From: Escherichia coli
GTDB lineage: Bacteria > Pseudomonadota > Gammaproteobacteria > Enterobacterales > Enterobacteriaceae
Strand: one strand, 5' to 3'
Length of the DNA stretch: 64,000 nucleotides
Assembly: GCF_003790525.1 (NCBI RefSeq)
Contig: NZ_CP033635.1
Shown here: in pieces, positions 1-10,220 of the stretch
Numbering within the stretch: position 1 is the stretch's first letter
Layout of the letters: each line of letters starts with the position of its first letter
Made by a program: the position numbers and the translations under genes
The notes under the pieces: model-generated
The model's input: the letters and a program-made list of their open reading frames with translations, nothing else
What the model was told of the DNA's origin: nothing
Databases searched by the model: none

Positions 1-1447
1 CAGCCGCGAAGGCGTGGAATACGCGTGGTTCAACAACGTGGAAACCAAGCCGGGCCAGGGCTTCCCGACTGACTGGGAAAACCAGGAAAAATACAAAGGC
101 GGCTGGATCCGTAAAATCAACGGCAAACTGCAGCCGCGCATGGGTAACCGCGCCATGCTGCTGGGTAAAATCTTCGCTAACCCGCATCTGCCGGGGATCG
201 ACGATTATTACGAGCCGTTCGATTTTGACTATCAGAACCTGCATACCGCGCCGGAAGGCAGCAAGTCGCAGCCGATTGCCCGTCCGCGTTCGCTGATTAC
301 CGGCGAACGGATGGCGAAAATCGAAAAAGGGCCGAACTGGGAAGATGACCTGGGCGGTGAGTTCGACAAGCTGGCGAAAGACAAGAACTTCGACAACATC
401 CAGAAGGCGATGTATAGCCAGTTCGAAAACACCTTCATGATGTATTTGCCGCGCCTGTGCGAACACTGCCTGAACCCGGCATGTGTGGCGACCTGCCCGA
501 GCGGTGCGATTTACAAGCGTGAAGAAGATGGCATCGTCCTGATCGACCAGGATAAATGCCGTGGCTGGCGTATGTGCATCACCGGATGCCCGTACAAAAA
601 AATCTATTTCAACTGGAAGAGCGGTAAGTCTGAGAAGTGCATCTTCTGCTATCCGCGTATTGAAGCGGGTCAGCCGACCGTGTGCTCAGAAACCTGTGTC
701 GGTCGTATCCGTTATCTCGGCGTGCTGTTGTACGATGCCGACGCTATTGAACGTGCAGCCAGCACTGAGAACGAGAAAGATCTTTACCAGCGTCAGCTGG
801 ACGTGTTCCTCGATCCGAACGATCCGAAAGTCATCGAGCAGGCGATTAAAGACGGTATTCCGCTGAGCGTTATTGAAGCCGCACAGCAGTCGCCGGTTTA
901 TAAAATGGCGATGGAATGGAAACTGGCGCTGCCGCTGCATCCGGAATATCGCACACTGCCGATGGTCTGGTACGTGCCGCCTCTGTCTCCGATTCAGTCT
1001 GCAGCAGACGCGGGTGAGCTGGGTAGCAACGGCATTCTGCCAGACGTCGAAAGCCTGCGTATTCCGGTGCAGTATCTGGCGAATCTGCTGACCGCCGGTG
1101 ATACCAAACCGGTACTGCGCGCGCTGAAACGTATGCTGGCGATGCGTCATTATAAACGTGCTGAAACCGTTGACGGGAAAGTGGATACCCGTGCGCTGGA
1201 AGAGGTCGGTCTGACCGAAGCCCAGGCACAGGAGATGTACCGTTATCTGGCGATTGCTAACTACGAAGATCGCTTTGTGGTGCCGAGTAGTCATCGTGAA
1301 CTGGCGCGGGAAGCCTTCCCGGAGAAAAATGGCTGCGGCTTTACCTTTGGTGATGGCTGCCACGGTTCAGATACCAAATTCAATCTGTTCAACAGCCGCC
1401 GTATCGATGCCATCGACGTAACCAGCAAAACGGAGCCGCACCCATGA
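1..1447 (+). CDS. narH: respiratory nitrate reductase beta subunit, 5'-partial (gene begins upstream of window)
   Basis: ORF 14..1447 translation carries iron-sulfur Cys clusters (CEHCLNPACVATCPSG, CRGWRMCITGCPYKK, CIFCYPR, CSETCVGRIRY) and is followed by narJ and narI; open frame reaches window edge. Confidence 0.9.
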   Translation, partial: SREGVEYAWFNNVETKPGQGFPTDWENQEKYKGGWIRKINGKLQPRMGNRAMLLGKIFANPHLPGIDDYYEPFDFDYQNLHTAPEGSKSQPIARPRSLITGERMAKIEKGPNWEDDLGGEFDKLAKDKNFDNIQKAMYSQFENTFMMYLPRLCEHCLNPACVATCPSGAIYKREEDGIVLIDQDKCRGWRMCITGCPYKKIYFNWKSGKSEKCIFCYPRIEAGQPTVCSETCVGRIRYLGVLLYDADAIERAASTENEKDLYQRQLDVFLDPNDPKVIEQAIKDGIPLSVIEAAQQSPVYKMAMEWKLALPLHPEYRTLPMVWYVPPLSPIQSAADAGELGSNGILPDVESLRIPVQYLANLLTAGDTKPVLRALKRMLAMRHYKRAETVDGKVDTRALEEVGLTEAQAQEMYRYLAIANYEDRFVVPSSHRELAREAFPEKNGCGFTFGDGCHGSDTKFNLFNSRRIDAIDVTSKTEPHP

Positions 1448-2154
1448 TCGAACTCGTGATTGTATCGCGTCTCCTTGAATATCCGGATGCTGCCTTATGG
1501 CAGCATCAACAAGAGATGTTTGAGGCGATTGCTGCGTCGAAAAATCTGTCGAAAGAAGATGCCCATGCGCTGGGCATTTTCCTGCGCGATTTAACGGCGA
1601 TGGATCCGCTCGATGCTCAGGCCCAGTACAGCGAACTGTTCGACCGTGGTCGTGCCACGTCACTGTTGCTGTTTGAACATGTGCACGGTGAATCCCGCGA
1701 CCGCGGTCAGGCGATGGTAGACCTGCTGGCGCAGTATGAGCAGCACGGTTTGCAGTTAAACAGCCGCGAATTGCCCGACCATCTGCCGCTGTATCTGGAG
1801 TACCTGGCGCAGCTGCCGCAAAGCGAAGCCGTGGAGGGTTTGAAAGATATTGCGCCGATTCTGGCATTGCTGAGTGCGCGTCTGCAACAGCGTGAAAGCC
1901 GTTATGCCGTGCTGTTTGATCTGCTGCTGAAACTGGCGAATACCGCTATCGACAGCGACAAAGTGGCGGAAAAAATTGCCGACGAAGCGCGCGACGATAC
2001 GCCGCAGGCGCTGGATGCCGTCTGGGAAGAAGAGCAGGTTAAATTCTTTGCTGACAAAGGCTGCGGTGATTCAGCAATCACTGCTCATCAGCGTCGCTTT
2101 GCCGGTGCCGTCGCGCCGCAATATCTGAATATCACCACCGGAGGACAGCACTAA
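1444..2154 (+). CDS. narJ: nitrate reductase assembly chaperone
   Basis: 236 aa ORF with 4-bp overlap after narH and immediately before narI; recognised NarJ sequence and synteny. Confidence 0.9.
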   Translation: MIELVIVSRLLEYPDAALWQHQQEMFEAIAASKNLSKEDAHALGIFLRDLTAMDPLDAQAQYSELFDRGRATSLLLFEHVHGESRDRGQAMVDLLAQYEQHGLQLNSRELPDHLPLYLEYLAQLPQSEAVEGLKDIAPILALLSARLQQRESRYAVLFDLLLKLANTAIDSDKVAEKIADEARDDTPQALDAVWEEEQVKFFADKGCGDSAITAHQRRFAGAVAPQYLNITTGGQH

Positions 2155-2831
2155 TGCAATTCCTGAATATGTTCTTCTTTGATATCTACCCGTACATAGC
2201 CGGGGCGGTCTTCCTGATTGGTAGCTGGCTGCGTTATGACTACGGGCAGTACACCTGGCGCGCGGCGTCCAGCCAGATGCTGGATCGCAAAGGGATGAAC
2301 CTGGCGTCGAACCTGTTCCATATCGGTATTCTGGGGATTTTTGTCGGTCACTTCTTCGGTATGCTGACGCCGCACTGGATGTATGAAGCCTGGCTGCCGA
2401 TTGAAGTGAAACAGAAAATGGCGATGTTTGCTGGTGGTGCCAGCGGTGTGCTGTGTCTGATTGGCGGCGTGCTGTTGCTGAAGCGTCGTCTGTTCAGCCC
2501 ACGCGTGCGTGCAACCACTACCGGAGCGGATATCCTGATCCTGTCGCTGCTCGTTATCCAGTGCGCGCTGGGCTTGCTGACCATTCCGTTCTCAGCCCAG
2601 CATATGGACGGTAGCGAGATGATGAAACTGGTTGGCTGGGCGCAGTCGGTAGTGACCTTCCACGGTGGTGCTTCTCAACATCTTGATGGTGTGGCATTTA
2701 TCTTCCGTCTGCACCTGGTGTTGGGGATGACGTTATTCCTGCTGTTCCCGTTCTCGCGTCTGGTGCACATCTGGAGCGTACCGGTGGAGTATCTGACACG
2801 TAAGTATCAGCTGGTGCGCGCCCGTCACTAA
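2154..2831 (+). CDS. narI: respiratory nitrate reductase gamma (cytochrome b) subunit
   Basis: 225 aa multi-TM ORF with His residues, last gene of the nar operon. Confidence 0.9.
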   Translation: MQFLNMFFFDIYPYIAGAVFLIGSWLRYDYGQYTWRAASSQMLDRKGMNLASNLFHIGILGIFVGHFFGMLTPHWMYEAWLPIEVKQKMAMFAGGASGVLCLIGGVLLLKRRLFSPRVRATTTGADILILSLLVIQCALGLLTIPFSAQHMDGSEMMKLVGWAQSVVTFHGGASQHLDGVAFIFRLHLVLGMTLFLLFPFSRLVHIWSVPVEYLTRKYQLVRARH

Positions 2832-2852
2832 GCGAATTTTAGTTCACATAGA

Positions 2853-2877
2853 CCCTGCTTCGGCGGGGTTTTTTTAT
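2853..2877 (+). terminator. rho-independent terminator after narI
   Basis: hairpin ccctgc-ttcg-gcgggg followed by a run of nine T. Confidence 0.7.
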
Positions 2878-3009
2878 GGGCACGGTGCGGGGTGAGTTGT
2901 CGGATGCGCTTCGCTTATCCGAACTTCAGGGGAGGATATTTTAGGTCCGGTAAACGCGGTGCCATCGGGCAGAATTAGCTCGGAGTAACAGGTTTTGAGT
3001 ATTTCAGGA

Positions 3010-3190
3010 AGTAATGGTGGTGGGGGAAGGATTACTAGCGCTGCGCGCTTCACCCTTCGGATCGTTGCCTGCGGCAACGCTTTCTCGCTGGCGCTCGAGT
3101 CGCACCTTGGTCGAAGCTTCTCATCCCTCCCCGCATGGGCAGAATATTTAATTGCGGATTCGTTTGAGAGTTCACGGACTTTTGAAAAGT
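3010..3190 (-). repeat. tyrT operon distal repeat region (rtT/tpr-like) with partial tRNA 3'-end copy
   Basis: partial copy of the tRNA-Tyr 3' end (atggtggtgggggaagg) at about 3013-3031, downstream of the two full tRNA-Tyr copies; rtT/tpr identity is from memory of K-12 organisation. Confidence 0.4.
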
Positions 3191-3192
3191 GA

Positions 3193-3277
<85 letters not shown>

Positions 3278-3311
3278 AGGGGTAATTCAAATTTTGAGGT
3301 AATGCTTGAGA

Positions 3312-3396
<85 letters not shown>

Positions 3397-3439
3397 ACGG
3401 GGTAATGCTTTTTACTGGCCTGCTCCCTTATCGGGAAGC

Positions 3440-3480
3440 GGGGCGCATCATATCAAATGACGCGCCGCTGTAAAGTGTTA
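3440..3480 (-). promoter_or_regulatory. tyrT promoter (-35 TTTACA, -10 TATGAT, GC-rich discriminator)
   Basis: minus-strand sequence tttacagcggcgcgtcatttgatatgatgcgccccgc: hexamers 16 nt apart, followed by GCGCCCCGC discriminator typical of stringently controlled stable-RNA promoters. Confidence 0.75.
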
Positions 3481-3555
3481 CGTTGAGAAAAATGAACTGG
3501 TTGCGTAATTTTCATCCGTAACGGATTAAAGGTAACCAGTTATTTTTGCTGGCGA

Positions 3556-4398
3556 TTAAAGAATAATCGTCCGATTACCGTAAACAAAGACGCGCTGCGC
3601 CAGTACTTTGTAGAGTGCGCGACTTAAGACGTTTTTCTCGACGTCACGACCTGCGCGCATCATATCTTCAGCTGTGTAGGTATGATCGACATGAATAACG
3701 TCCTGCATGATGATTGGACCTTCGTCCAGATTGTCATTCACATAGTGAGCGGTTGCGCCAATAATCTTCACGCCACGTTCATAGGCCTGGTGATAAGGAC
3801 GTGCGCCGATAAACGCTGGCAGGAATGAATGGTGAATATTGATGATCTTATTCGGGAAGCGTGCCACAAATTCTGGCGTTAATACCCGCATATACTTCGC
3901 CAGCACCACGTAGTCAGGCTGATAAGCATCAATGGCATCCGCCATCTTTTGATCGTGCTCGTTGCGACTTAATCCTTCATGACTTACCAGCTCAAACGGA
4001 ATATCAAAACGCTCAACCAGAGAACGTAAAGTATCGTGGTTACCAATAACTGCCGCGATTTCGACATCCAGGCCGCCGTAATTGGCTTTCATCAACAAAT
4101 CGCCAAGGCAATGCGCCTCTTTAGTGACCAGAATCACTATCCGGCGACGACCGGCAGGATTCAGCTCACGTACGGAGCCTTCTGGCAATGCGCTATCGAG
4201 ATCCGCCAGCAGGGTGGAATCATTAAAAATCCCCTCCAGTTCCGTGCGCATAAAAAAGCGCCCGGTACGGTGATCAACAAATTCATTGTTCTGTACGATA
4301 TTTAACTCGTGCTTGTAGCAAATATTGGTGATACGTGCGATCAGACCTTTTTGGTCCGGACAAATAGTACGCAGAACTTTACGTTGGAGTGAATGCAT
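3556..4398 (-). CDS. purU: formyltetrahydrofolate deformylase
   Basis: 280 aa ORF with N-terminal ACT-like domain and C-terminal formyltransferase fold; position next to the tyrT operon. Confidence 0.9.
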   Translation of the reverse strand: MHSLQRKVLRTICPDQKGLIARITNICYKHELNIVQNNEFVDHRTGRFFMRTELEGIFNDSTLLADLDSALPEGSVRELNPAGRRRIVILVTKEAHCLGDLLMKANYGGLDVEIAAVIGNHDTLRSLVERFDIPFELVSHEGLSRNEHDQKMADAIDAYQPDYVVLAKYMRVLTPEFVARFPNKIINIHHSFLPAFIGARPYHQAYERGVKIIGATAHYVNDNLDEGPIIMQDVIHVDHTYTAEDMMRAGRDVEKNVLSRALYKVLAQRVFVYGNRTIIL

Positions 4399-4447
4399 TG
4401 CTGGAAAAACCTTGTTGAGAGTGTTTGCTAAACCGTACCGTCAACCA

Positions 4448-4906
4448 TTATTGGCCGCAGCACTTTTTAAATTTTTTACCTGAACCACAAGGGCAGGGAT
4501 CGTTGCGGCCAAACTGCGGACGTGTACCGTCAATATAGTACCATTGACCGTTTTCTTTCAAAAATCGCGAACGTTCAATGATTGCACCTGTTTTGCCACC
4601 TTCGGTAAATCGAGCAACAAAACTGACAAATCCGATATTGTCGCCGTCCTGCCAACAATGTTCAAATACGGTCAATCCCAACCATTCAGTATGCGCAAAT
4701 CCGGCCATCAATTCGGCACGTAACGCCGCTGCTCCACAAGATGGATGCCAGGTCTTTATTAAATAATCTGCGTCTTGCATCACAAAAGCGCAGTAACGCG
4801 AACGCATGAGATGTTCTGGATCAGGTGCAACCTTTTCACCAGACACATAAGGGTGGCAACATAGGCTATACTCGACAGCACTACCACAGGGACAAAGCTG
4901 AGACAC
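4448..4906 (-). CDS. ychJ: UPF0225 protein with SEC-C metal-binding motifs
   Basis: ORF with CPCGSG motifs at both ends; start placed at in-frame GTG giving 152 aa (MSQLCPCG...). Confidence 0.8.
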   Translation of the reverse strand: MSQLCPCGSAVEYSLCCHPYVSGEKVAPDPEHLMRSRYCAFVMQDADYLIKTWHPSCGAAALRAELMAGFAHTEWLGLTVFEHCWQDGDNIGFVSFVARFTEGGKTGAIIERSRFLKENGQWYYIDGTRPQFGRNDPCPCGSGKKFKKCCGQ

Positions 4907-5018
4907 AAATAATCTCCCTGGAAACAATAACGGCGTATTAACCGCCTGAGTAGCACTATGTTAACCGAGCAGTAGCGATGTGGCTACGATTGCATTCCAG
5001 GGGAATCTTGCGGGAATA

Positions 5019-5924
5019 ATGAGAAAGATAAAAATAGGGCTGGCGCTGGGATCTGGCGCGGCGAGAGGTTGGTCGCATATTGGCGTTATTAATGCGCTAA
5101 AAAAAGTGGGTATTGAAATTGATATCGTTGCAGGATGCTCAATTGGTTCGCTGGTGGGCGCGGCCTATGCATGCGATCGATTATCTGCGCTGGAAGATTG
5201 GGTAACCTCTTTCAGTTATTGGGATGTTTTACGCCTGATGGATCTCTCCTGGCAGCGCGGTGGGTTACTGCGCGGCGAGCGTGTCTTCAATCAATATCGC
5301 GAAATAATGCCGGAAACAGAGATCGAAAATTGTTCCCGTCGCTTCGCGGCTGTTGCCACCAATTTAAGTACTGGGCGCGAATTATGGTTTACTGAAGGCG
5401 ATCTCCATCTTGCTATTCGTGCATCATGCAGTATTCCAGGACTAATGGCACCCGTTGCGCATAACGGCTACTGGCTGGTTGATGGCGCTGTAGTTAACCC
5501 AATTCCTATTTCGCTCACGCGTGCATTGGGTGCTGATATTGTGATAGCGGTCGACCTGCAGCACGATGCTCATTTGATGCAACAAGATCTGCTCTCCTTT
5601 AATGTCAGTGAAGAAAATAGCGAGAATGGTGATTCTCTGCCGTGGCATGCGCGTCTGAAAGAAAGGTTGGGCAGCATAACGACACGTCGGGCGGTGACAG
5701 CGCCAACGGCAACAGAGATTATGACCACTTCTATCCAGGTGCTGGAGAACCGCCTTAAAAGGAACCGCATGGCAGGTGATCCGCCCGATATTCTGATTCA
5801 ACCTGTTTGCCCGCAAATATCTACGCTTGATTTCCATCGCGCGCACGCTGCCATTGCGGCTGGGCAGCTGGCAGTGGAAAAGAAAATGGACGAACTTTTG
5901 CCGTTGGTACGCACCAACATTTGA
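5019..5924 (+). CDS. rssA: patatin-like phospholipase
   Basis: GxGxxRG and GCSIGS patatin motifs; start chosen at MRKIKIG (301 aa), longer ORF begins at 4980. Confidence 0.85.
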   Translation: MRKIKIGLALGSGAARGWSHIGVINALKKVGIEIDIVAGCSIGSLVGAAYACDRLSALEDWVTSFSYWDVLRLMDLSWQRGGLLRGERVFNQYREIMPETEIENCSRRFAAVATNLSTGRELWFTEGDLHLAIRASCSIPGLMAPVAHNGYWLVDGAVVNPIPISLTRALGADIVIAVDLQHDAHLMQQDLLSFNVSEENSENGDSLPWHARLKERLGSITTRRAVTAPTATEIMTTSIQVLENRLKRNRMAGDPPDILIQPVCPQISTLDFHRAHAAIAAGQLAVEKKMDELLPLVRTNI

Positions 5925-6015
5925 CCAGAATTTTTATCTACACTTAAGTTAATTCTGACAGGCGCAGGTGGCAATAGCATGCCACTATTGAGTAAAGCCA
6001 GTCAGGGGAGAGAAC

Positions 6016-7029
6016 ATGACGCAGCCATTGGTCGGAAAACAGATTCTCATTGTTGAAGATGAGCAGGTATTTCGCTCGCTTCTGGATTCGTGGTTTTCCT
6101 CATTGGGAGCGACAACGGTACTGGCGGCTGATGGGGTGGATGCCCTTGAGTTGCTGGGAGGTTTCACTCCAGACCTGATGATATGTGATATCGCGATGCC
6201 CAGAATGAACGGGCTTAAACTGCTGGAACATATACGCAACAGAGGTGACCAGACACCGGTTCTGGTGATATCTGCCACTGAAAATATGGCAGATATTGCC
6301 AAAGCGTTACGTCTGGGCGTTGAAGATGTTTTGCTGAAACCAGTTAAAGATCTGAATCGCTTGCGCGAGATGGTTTTTGCCTGTCTCTATCCCAGCATGT
6401 TTAATTCCCGCGTTGAGGAAGAGGAAAGGCTTTTTCGCGACTGGGATGCAATGGTTGATAACCCTGCCGCAGCGGCGAAATTATTACAGGAATTGCAACC
6501 GCCGGTTCAGCAGGTGATTTCCCATTGCCGGGTTAATTATCGTCAATTGGTTGCCGCGGACAAACCCGGCCTGGTGCTTGATATTGCCGCACTTTCGGAA
6601 AACGATCTGGCATTTTATTGCCTTGATGTCACCCGAGCTGGACATAATGGCGTACTTGCTGCCTTGTTATTACGCGCATTGTTTAACGGATTATTACAGG
6701 AACAGCTTGCACACCAAAATCAACGGTTGCCAGAGTTGGGCGCGTTATTGAAGCAGGTAAACCATTTACTCCGTCAGGCCAATCTGCCGGGGCAGTTTCC
6801 GCTATTAGTTGGCTATTATCATCGCGAACTGAAAAATCTCATTCTGGTTTCTGCGGGTCTGAATGCGACGTTAAATACCGGCGAACACCAGGTACAAATC
6901 AGTAATGGTGTTCCGTTAGGCACTTTAGGTAACGCTTATTTGAATCAATTGAGCCAGCGATGCGATGCCTGGCAATGCCAAATATGGGGAACCGGTGGTC
7001 GGCTGCGCTTGATGTTGTCTGCAGAATGA
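6016..7029 (+). CDS. rssB: RpoS-degradation adaptor response regulator
   Basis: 337 aa, N-terminal receiver domain (ILIVEDE, CDIAMP) and C-terminal PP2C-like domain; follows rssA. Confidence 0.9.
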   Translation: MTQPLVGKQILIVEDEQVFRSLLDSWFSSLGATTVLAADGVDALELLGGFTPDLMICDIAMPRMNGLKLLEHIRNRGDQTPVLVISATENMADIAKALRLGVEDVLLKPVKDLNRLREMVFACLYPSMFNSRVEEEERLFRDWDAMVDNPAAAAKLLQELQPPVQQVISHCRVNYRQLVAADKPGLVLDIAALSENDLAFYCLDVTRAGHNGVLAALLLRALFNGLLQEQLAHQNQRLPELGALLKQVNHLLRQANLPGQFPLLVGYYHRELKNLILVSAGLNATLNTGEHQVQISNGVPLGTLGNAYLNQLSQRCDAWQCQIWGTGGRLRLMLSAE

Positions 7030-7230
7030 GCAAACGATAACGCGGGCTAAATTTGCATTACCTGCTAATGTCGGCTGGTGGTACTATCGTCGCCATTCGT
7101 ATAAGTAATTGTCTTAATTATGCTAACTCGCCTCCTTTTCAGAACTTAGCCCCTTCGGGGTACTGATATACTGGGATGCGATACAGAAATATGAACACGT
7201 TCAAAACACGAACAGTCCAGGAGAATTTAA

Positions 7231-8139
7231 ATGGCTGCCATTAATACGAAAGTCAAAAAAGCCGTTATCCCCGTTGCGGGATTAGGAACCAGGATGTTGC
7301 CGGCGACGAAAGCCATCCCGAAAGAGATGCTGCCACTTGTCGATAAGCCATTAATTCAATACGTCGTGAATGAATGTATTGCGGCTGGCATTACTGAAAT
7401 TGTGCTGGTTACTCACTCATCTAAAAACTCTATTGAAAACCACTTTGATACCAGTTTTGAACTGGAAGCAATGCTGGAAAAACGTGTAAAACGTCAACTG
7501 CTTGATGAAGTGCAGTCTATTTGTCCGCCGCACGTGACTATTATGCAAGTTCGTCAGGGGCTGGCGAAAGGCCTGGGACACGCGGTATTGTGTGCTCACC
7601 CGGTAGTGGGTGATGAACCTGTGGCTGTTATTTTGCCTGACGTTATTCTGGATGAATATGAATCCGATTTGTCACAGGATAACCTGGCAGAGATGATCCG
7701 CCGCTTTGATGAAACGGGTCATAGCCAGATCATGGTTGAACCGGTTGCTGATGTGACCGCATATGGCGTTGTGGATTGCAAAGGCGTTGAATTAGCGCCG
7801 GGTGAAAGCGTACCGATGGTTGGCGTGGTTGAAAAACCAAAAGCGGATGTTGCGCCGTCTAATCTCGCTATTGTGGGTCGTTACGTTCTTAGCGCGGATA
7901 TTTGGCCGTTGCTGGCAAAAACCCCTCCGGGTGCTGGTGATGAAATTCAGCTCACCGACGCAATTGATATGCTGATCGAAAAAGAAACGGTGGAAGCCTA
8001 TCATATGAAAGGGAAGAGCCATGACTGCGGTAATAAATTAGGTTACATGCAGGCCTTCGTTGAATACGGTATTCGTCATAACACCCTTGGCTCGGAATTT
8101 AAAGCCTGGCTTGAAGAAGAGATGGGCATTAAGAAGTAA
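7231..8139 (+). CDS. galU: UTP-glucose-1-phosphate uridylyltransferase
   Basis: 302 aa, nucleotidyltransferase motif [24 protein letters not shown]; RBS ggaga upstream. Confidence 0.92.
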   Translation: MAAINTKVKKAVIPVAGLGTRMLPATKAIPKEMLPLVDKPLIQYVVNECIAAGITEIVLVTHSSKNSIENHFDTSFELEAMLEKRVKRQLLDEVQSICPPHVTIMQVRQGLAKGLGHAVLCAHPVVGDEPVAVILPDVILDEYESDLSQDNLAEMIRRFDETGHSQIMVEPVADVTAYGVVDCKGVELAPGESVPMVGVVEKPKADVAPSNLAIVGRYVLSADIWPLLAKTPPGAGDEIQLTDAIDMLIEKETVEAYHMKGKSHDCGNKLGYMQAFVEYGIRHNTLGSEFKAWLEEEMGIKK

Positions 8140-8162
8140 CATCCGTATCGGTGTTATCCACG

Positions 8163-8195
8163 AAACGGCGTTGAGCAATCGACGCCGTTTTTTTA
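8163..8195 (+). terminator. rho-independent terminator after galU
   Basis: hairpin aaacggcgt / acgccgttt followed by T run. Confidence 0.65.
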
Positions 8196-8230
8196 TAGCT
8201 TATTCTTATTAAATTGTCTTAAACCGGACA

Positions 8231-8264
8231 ATAAAAAATCCCGCCGATGGCGGGATTTTTAAGC
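8231..8264 (-). terminator. bidirectional hairpin terminator downstream of hns
   Basis: palindrome aatcccgcc-gatg-gcgggatt flanked by A and T runs on both sides. Confidence 0.65.
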
Positions 8265-8283
8265 AAGTGCAATCTACAAAAGA

Positions 8284-8697
8284 TTATTGCTTGATCAGGA
8301 AATCGTCGAGGGATTTACCTTGCTCATCCATTGCTTTTTTGATTACAGCTGGAGTACGGCCCTGGCCAGTCCAGGTTTTAGTTTCGCCGTTTTCGTCAAC
8401 GTAGCTATATTTTGCCGGACGCTGAGCACGTTTAGCTTTGGTGCCAGATTTAACGGCAGCAAGGCTATTCAGCAGTTCGTTCGGGTCAATACCGTCAGCG
8501 ATCAGCATTTCGCGATATTGCTGCAGTTTACGAGTGCGCTCTTCAACTTCAGCAGCAGCCGCGCTTTCTTCTTCGCGACGTTCGTTAACAACAACTTCTA
8601 ATTTTTCCAGCATTTCTTCCAGCGTTTCAAGTGTACATTCTCTTGCCTGCGCACGAAGAGTACGGATGTTGTTCAGAATTTTAAGTGCTTCGCTCAT
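8284..8697 (-). CDS. hns: nucleoid-associated protein H-NS
   Basis: 137 aa, [20 protein letters not shown]... with C-terminal [12 protein letters not shown]-binding motif. Confidence 0.95.
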
Positions 8698-9300
8698 TGT
8701 AGTAATCTCAAACTTATATTGGGGTGGTTTGTTGAGGTAATAATAGAGCCTTAAATTCAGTTGTGCAATAGCCAGGAATGTAAGGAATTCAAAATTGTTC
8801 TTTATTTTGTGCCGCCAATAAATATCTTTTCATAAAATTAGCCAGAAAAGACGCGGCATATAGCCCTATTTGCACCGATGATTTCGCAGCACGTGAGGTT
8901 AAAACTTCCTGATTCATGTCACATTTTATGGGGAGATTATCGTAGGCTGACGACCTTTCAGTCTTCTGTATTAGTCGTGTTTACGAGAATTCCCTATTAA
9001 GCGAATGATGAAAAGTAGAACAGTCGCAATAAGAGCAGGGACTTAGTATTGCACTATCTCCAGGAGGTCAACAGAGGGCTATTACTTGCGCAACAGGTTA
9101 AAGATTGTGAATAGTTACCAGCAGTCATTTACCCGCTTATAACAAGCGAGGCAGTTGTAATGATAGCTCAGAAGGATTATGCAAGGCTTCGTAAGGGAGA
9201 ACGCATATACCACTTCTGTGCATACTGTTGAGCTGAAAAACTGACGAATTATGATAAACTCCAGCCAACTTTAATTCATATCATTGAGGGCCTGTGGCTG

Positions 9301-9918
9301 ATGGCACAGCTATATTTCTACTATTCCGCAATGAATGCGGGTAAGTCTACAGCATTGTTGCAATCTTCATACAATTACCAGGAGCGCGGCATGCGCACTG
9401 TCGTATATACGGCAGAAATTGATGATCGCTTTGGTGCCGGGAAAGTCAGCTCGCGTATAGGTTTGTCATCGCCTGCAAAATTATTTAACCAAAATTCATC
9501 ATTATTTGATGAGATTCGTGCGGAACATGAACAGCAGGCAATTCATTGCGTACTGGTTGATGAATGCCAGTTTTTAACCAGACAACAAGTATATGAATTA
9601 TCGGAGGTTGTCGATCAACTCGATATACCCGTACTTTGTTATGGTTTACGTACCGATTTTCGAGGTGAGTTATTTATTGGCAGCCAATACTTACTGGCAT
9701 GGTCCGACAAACTGGTTGAATTAAAAACCATCTGTTTTTGTGGCCGCAAAGCAAGCATGGTGCTGCGTCTTGATCAAGCAGGCAGACCTTATAACGAAGG
9801 TGAGCAGGTGGTTATTGGTGGTAATGAACGCTACGTTTCTGTATGCCGTAAACACTATAAAGAAGCGTTAGAAGTCGGCTCATTAACGGCTATTCAGGAA
9901 AGGCATCGCCACGATTAA
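9301..9918 (+). CDS. tdk: thymidine kinase
   Basis: 205 aa, P-loop MNAGKST and zinc-binding Cys pairs (CFCG, CRKHY). Confidence 0.92.
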
Positions 9919-10169
9919 TAAGAATTTCTTTACTGACAGGGTGAGCAGGGCGCTTTTATCCTGTCAGTTCATTTTACGCACTTCATCCGGTGTATATACC
10001 CTTCTCGACAGTTCTTTAACGCCACTATACCCCTCACAGATCGCTTTTACAGTGACGTTGACTTGTGACCTGTAAAGTACAATATCGCTGTGTGTAGGCG
10101 TTATACATCGCCGTAAATATGATGAAGGCAAATGCTGTCGGTTTATGGGAAAGTTGCTTTGGGTAAAAC

Positions 10170-10197
10170 AAAAAAACGGCCCCAGAAGGGACCGTTT
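10170..10197 (-). terminator. rho-independent terminator after adhE
   Basis: minus-strand hairpin aacggtccc / ggggccgtt followed by seven T. Confidence 0.65.
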
Positions 10198-10220
10198 ATG
10201 TTGCCAGACAGCGCTACTGA

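Noticed and set aside
686-1363. 225-aa minus-strand ORF (and other ORFs at 561-1229) inside narH
   Set aside because: Antisense or alternate frame within a well-supported gene; no RBS logic and composition-driven (Arg/Gln-rich)
1367-1867. 166-aa minus-strand ORF overlapping the narH end and narJ
   Set aside because: Antisense to two confidently identified genes
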